A stretch of DNA of 64,000 bases from Acidobacteriota bacterium (GTDB lineage Bacteria; Acidobacteriota; Thermoanaerobaculia; UBA5066; Gp7-AA6). The number at the start of each line of letters is the position of its first letter. Position 1 is the stretch's first letter. This document shows positions 60,754-64,000 of the stretch, one piece after another. The notes under the pieces are model-generated. The model saw nothing but the letters and a program-made list of their open reading frames with translations, was not told the DNA's origin and did not search any database. The position numbers and the translations under genes were made by a program. The stretch covers positions 15,125 to 79,124 of the forward strand of contig JBLMXY010000001.1 of assembly GCA_050257975.1 (NCBI GenBank). Direction: 5' to 3'.

Positions 60754-62610
60754 TCATCCCTTTCGCGTCGCAGGAGCCTCCGCCTTCTTCCTCCCCCCCA
60801 CCTTCTCGACCAGGCGCAGGTTGGAGCGGACCTGCTGCATCATTCGTTCCTCGAGAGCGCCTCCCGGCGCCACGGTCTTGGCGCGCGTGAACGCGGCCTT
60901 GGCTTCCTCGGGCCTTCCCGCCGCCAGGTAAGCCATTCCCAGATGGTGGAAGGTCGTCGGCGCGGCCGCGCGCTCGCTCGAGCGGCGCAGGCAATCGATC
61001 GCGCGGTCGAACTCCTGCCGCTTGTAGTGGACCCAGCCGAGCGCGGCCAGCGGGTAGGGCTTCAGCTCGTCCGGCGCCGCCGAGAGCGCGCGCCCGGCGT
61101 AGTCGAGCGCGCGGTCGAGGTCCTCTCCCGACTCGGCCAGGCTCGTCGCGAGCTCGTAGTAGCCCACCGTCTGGGCGGTCTTGGACGTGTTTCGCTCGAG
61201 GAACTCCCGCACGAAACGGGCCGCCTCCTCGGGCCTCCCCTCCGCCCGCAGCGCCTCGGCCAGGGTCGAGCAGGCGGCCCCCGCCACGACCTCCTCCGGC
61301 TCCCCGGCCAGAACCTCCCGGCAGGCCGCCACCGCCTCCTTCCAGAGCCCGAGCGACGCGCAGAGAAGCGCGTAGGAGATCCGGATGGTGGAGTTGTGCG
61401 GCTCGGCCTCCAGAGCCTTCAGGTAGAGACCATGGGCGCGCCGCAGCGACCCTCGCGAGACGCTCTCCTCCGCCTCCCGGTACGCCTCGGCGCCCGGGCC
61501 GTCCACCCGCGGCAGAGAATAGCGCCGCCGCCGCTCGAGCAGGCGCACGGCTTCCTGGAACTCGAGCCGCTTCGGGTTCTTCTCGAGCGCGTGCTGGAAG
61601 CACTCGAGCGCCCGCTTGGGCCAGTTCTTCTCGAGATAGCAGAGCCCGAGCTGGAACATCGCGTCCTCGAGACCCGGCTCCAGCGTCAGGGCCGCCTCGA
61701 ACTGCTCGATCGCCCGGCCCACGTCTCCCTTTTCGCGCAGGACCGTCCCGAGCAGGACGTGCGCCGAAGGCACCCGCGCGACGTCGATCGCCCGCACGAG
61801 CGCCCTCTCCGCCTCTGCCCAGCGCGAGGCGTGCGCGTAGAGCGCGCCGAGGGCGAAGTGCGGGAGGAAGGCGTCGGGGCGCCTTTCGATGGCGCGCCGG
61901 AGCAGCGCCTCCGCCGTCGCGGCGTCGCCCGTCTCGGAGGCGGCGATGCCCGAGTAGACGAGCGACTCGAAGTGATTGGGCTCGACGGCCAGGACGCGCT
62001 TGAAGTAGCCCGACGCCTTCTCGATCTCGCCCGCCGAGAAGAACGTCTCACCGAGGTAGAAGCCGAGGTCCGCGTTCTCCCTGTTGGCGCGGTACAGCTC
62101 CTCGAGCAGCCGAACGCCGCGCTCCGCGTCGAGCGCCAGAATCGCGAACTCCGCCTCGCGCAGGCGCTGCCGCAGGGCGTCGCGCTGGTCGCCCGAGAAC
62201 CGCGCGACGATGCGATCCCGCCACTCGAGGAACCGGTCCTTCTTCTCCACCGCCTGCATGCGCTCGTCCATCTTGGTTTCCCAGAGGTCGAACACCTCCT
62301 CGGGACGAACGGCGCCGCGGCGCTCAAGGGTCTCCTGCAGGGCCAGGATGCCGGTGTGGGCGACGAACAGGTTCTTCTCGAGATTGCCGAGCGATTCGAA
62401 GAGCGTCTTGACCGCCTCGCCCGTGCGCTTGACGACGTCTTCGAGCGTCGAGATCCGCTCGAGCAGGTGCTCGTCGAACGGGATCTCCTCCTGCGTCTCG
62501 CCGCTCTCCTCGACCACGCCCACCCCGGAGAGCACGAGCAGCTTCGAGTGGCAGCGGGAGCAGAATTCCTCGTCGTCACGATTCTTCAGGCCGCAGACCT
62601 GGCAGAACAT
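60754..62610 (-). CDS. Zinc-ribbon + coiled-coil + TPR protein
   Basis: MFCQVC..N.....FCSRC; multiple TPR motifs. Confidence 0.85.
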   Translation of the reverse strand: MFCQVCGLKNRDDEEFCSRCHSKLLVLSGVGVVEESGETQEEIPFDEHLLERISTLEDVVKRTGEAVKTLFESLGNLEKNLFVAHTGILALQETLERRGAVRPEEVFDLWETKMDERMQAVEKKDRFLEWRDRIVARFSGDQRDALRQRLREAEFAILALDAERGVRLLEELYRANRENADLGFYLGETFFSAGEIEKASGYFKRVLAVEPNHFESLVYSGIAASETGDAATAEALLRRAIERRPDAFLPHFALGALYAHASRWAEAERALVRAIDVARVPSAHVLLGTVLREKGDVGRAIEQFEAALTLEPGLEDAMFQLGLCYLEKNWPKRALECFQHALEKNPKRLEFQEAVRLLERRRRYSLPRVDGPGAEAYREAEESVSRGSLRRAHGLYLKALEAEPHNSTIRISYALLCASLGLWKEAVAACREVLAGEPEEVVAGAACSTLAEALRAEGRPEEAARFVREFLERNTSKTAQTVGYYELATSLAESGEDLDRALDYAGRALSAAPDELKPYPLAALGWVHYKRQEFDRAIDCLRRSSERAAAPTTFHHLGMAYLAAGRPEEAKAAFTRAKTVAPGGALEERMMQQVRSNLRLVEKVGGRKKAEAPATRKG

Positions 62611-62616
62611 TACCGT

Positions 62617-62791
62617 CGCTCGCGCTTGCGAGGGATCTGCGCCTGCCGGGCGCACCGGCGGCCGGCTGGGCCAAAGGGCCTCGACCGGCCGCCTGATCCC
62701 TCGCGGCGCGCTCGCTCCCGCCGCGCGAGGCTCCTCCCTCGATTACCTCGGGAGACTCCTCGCGCGGCGAGACGGAGAGCCGAGGCGAGCG
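62617..62791. other. Multi-stem structured intergenic element
   Basis: Stems 62628-37/62695-704, 62657-65/62685-93, 62719-30/62758-69, 62709-15/62785-91. Confidence 0.6.
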
Positions 62792-62799
62792 GACGAAAT

Positions 62800-63666
62800 T
62801 CAGGTCCGAGGAGCGACTTCGTATTCGTAGAAACCTCTTCCCGACTTCTTCCCGAGCCAGCCGGCGTCGACCATCTTCACCAGCAGCGGGCTCGGGCGGT
62901 ACCTGGGGTCGCCGAAGCCCTCGTGCATCACGCGCAGAATGGCGAGACAGGTGTCGAGTCCGATGAAGTCGGCGAGGGTCAGGGGGCCCATCGGGTGGTT
63001 CGCGCCGAGCTTCATGATCCCGTCGATCGCCTCGCGCGTCGCGACACCCTCCCGCAGCGTCTCGATCGCCTCGTTGATCATGGGCAGGAGGACGCGGTTG
63101 GCGACGAAGCCCGGGGAGTCGTTGCAGAAGATCGGGGTCTTCCCGAGCTTGCGGGCGAGATCCTCCACGACCGCGGCCGTCTCGTCGGAAGTTGCGATGC
63201 CGCGGATCACCTCGACCAGTTCCATGACCGGCACGGGATTCATGAAATGCATGCCGATGACGCGGTCCGGGCGGCCCGTCGCCGCCGCCAGGCGCGTGAT
63301 CGAGATCGAGGAGGTGTTCGAGGCGAGGATCGCCGAGGCGGGGCAGAGCCTGTCGAGCTTCGAGAGCAGCTCCCGCTTGACCGCCTCGTCTTCGACGACG
63401 GCCTCGATCACGATGTCGGCGGCGGCGAGCCCCGAGAGCTCCGTCGTGGCCGTGATCCGGCCGAGGGCAGCCTCCCTGTCCGCCGCCGTGCGCTTGCCCC
63501 GGGCCACCTCCCGTTCCAGGTTCCTGCCGATCGTCGCGCGCGCCTTCTCGAGCAGGCGCTCCTCGAGGTCGACGAGAACCACCGGGAATCCGGAGGCCGC
63601 GGCCACGTGAGCGATCCCGTTGCCCATCTGGCCGCCCCCGACCACGCCGATCGTCCGGATCTCCAT
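62800..63666 (-). CDS. hbd: 3-hydroxybutyryl-CoA dehydrogenase
   Basis: GGGQMGNGIA, SNTSSI, GMHFMNP, PMGPL.LAD.IGLD, GKKSGRGFY. Confidence 0.93.
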   Translation of the reverse strand: MEIRTIGVVGGGQMGNGIAHVAAASGFPVVLVDLEERLLEKARATIGRNLEREVARGKRTAADREAALGRITATTELSGLAAADIVIEAVVEDEAVKRELLSKLDRLCPASAILASNTSSISITRLAAATGRPDRVIGMHFMNPVPVMELVEVIRGIATSDETAAVVEDLARKLGKTPIFCNDSPGFVANRVLLPMINEAIETLREGVATREAIDGIMKLGANHPMGPLTLADFIGLDTCLAILRVMHEGFGDPRYRPSPLLVKMVDAGWLGKKSGRGFYEYEVAPRT

Positions 63667-63789
63667 GTCGGCCCGGACTCTATTGCTCCCCTGAGGAGGA
63701 ATCAATCAGCCGTCAGGCGCAGGGACCCGGGAGACGCCTCGAACCGAGACTTCCCCTCTCATTTCCGTCGCTCGCGAAGCGGCGCGAAA

Positions 63790-64000
63790 CTAGATCACCA
63801 CGCGGTAGCGCGGTGCGCCGAAGCGCGAGAGCATCGCGACGCCGACGGCGAGGATGGACGCCGCGCTCCAGAGCAGCGGCCCCAGCAGAGGCACCAGCGA
63901 GACCCCTCCCAGAACCGCGAAGCCCGCCGCGAGCGCGGCAGGACGCCGCCGCGCGGAAACGCCTCCGAGCAGCTTCTGGCCGAGCAGGAGGAAGAGCGAT
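63790..64000 (-). CDS. C-terminal part of a membrane protein (runs off window)
   Basis: Open frame SLFLLLGQKLL...VPLLGPLLW...SRFGAPRYRVVI ending at TAG 63790. Confidence 0.65.
   Translation of the reverse strand, partial: SLFLLLGQKLLGGVSARRRPAALAAGFAVLGGVSLVPLLGPLLWSAASILAVGVAMLSRFGAPRYRVVI

Overview
High-GC bacterial chromosomal segment; gene content (split atp operon, signal-peptide AtpE, DUF6526, ECF/Ser-Thr-kinase pair, Sec-type Rhs) suggests Acidobacteriota, possibly Thermoanaerobaculia-like (inference). Mostly housekeeping: aroC, aroF, carA/carB, argS, proS, maeB, hbd, acd-meaB-mce, and a nuoABCDHIJKLMN operon lacking nuoEFG that runs into atpZ-I-B-E and is preceded by an NDUFAF7/MidA-type methyltransferase. 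Accessory parts: three ECF sigma modules, an FG-GAP/ASPIC lipoprotein, a di-haem protein, and a signal-peptide Rhs toxin with a lipase-like tip and two membrane immunity candidates. Non-coding structure: two copies of a CTAG/TA-flanked MITE abutting TAG stop codons, five intergenic hairpins built from 7-nt tandem repeats of four unit types, a multi-stem ~185-nt intergenic element, and repeated leaderless-type promoters. No tRNA, rRNA or CRISPR array seen. All calls come from motif reading; no database search was run.
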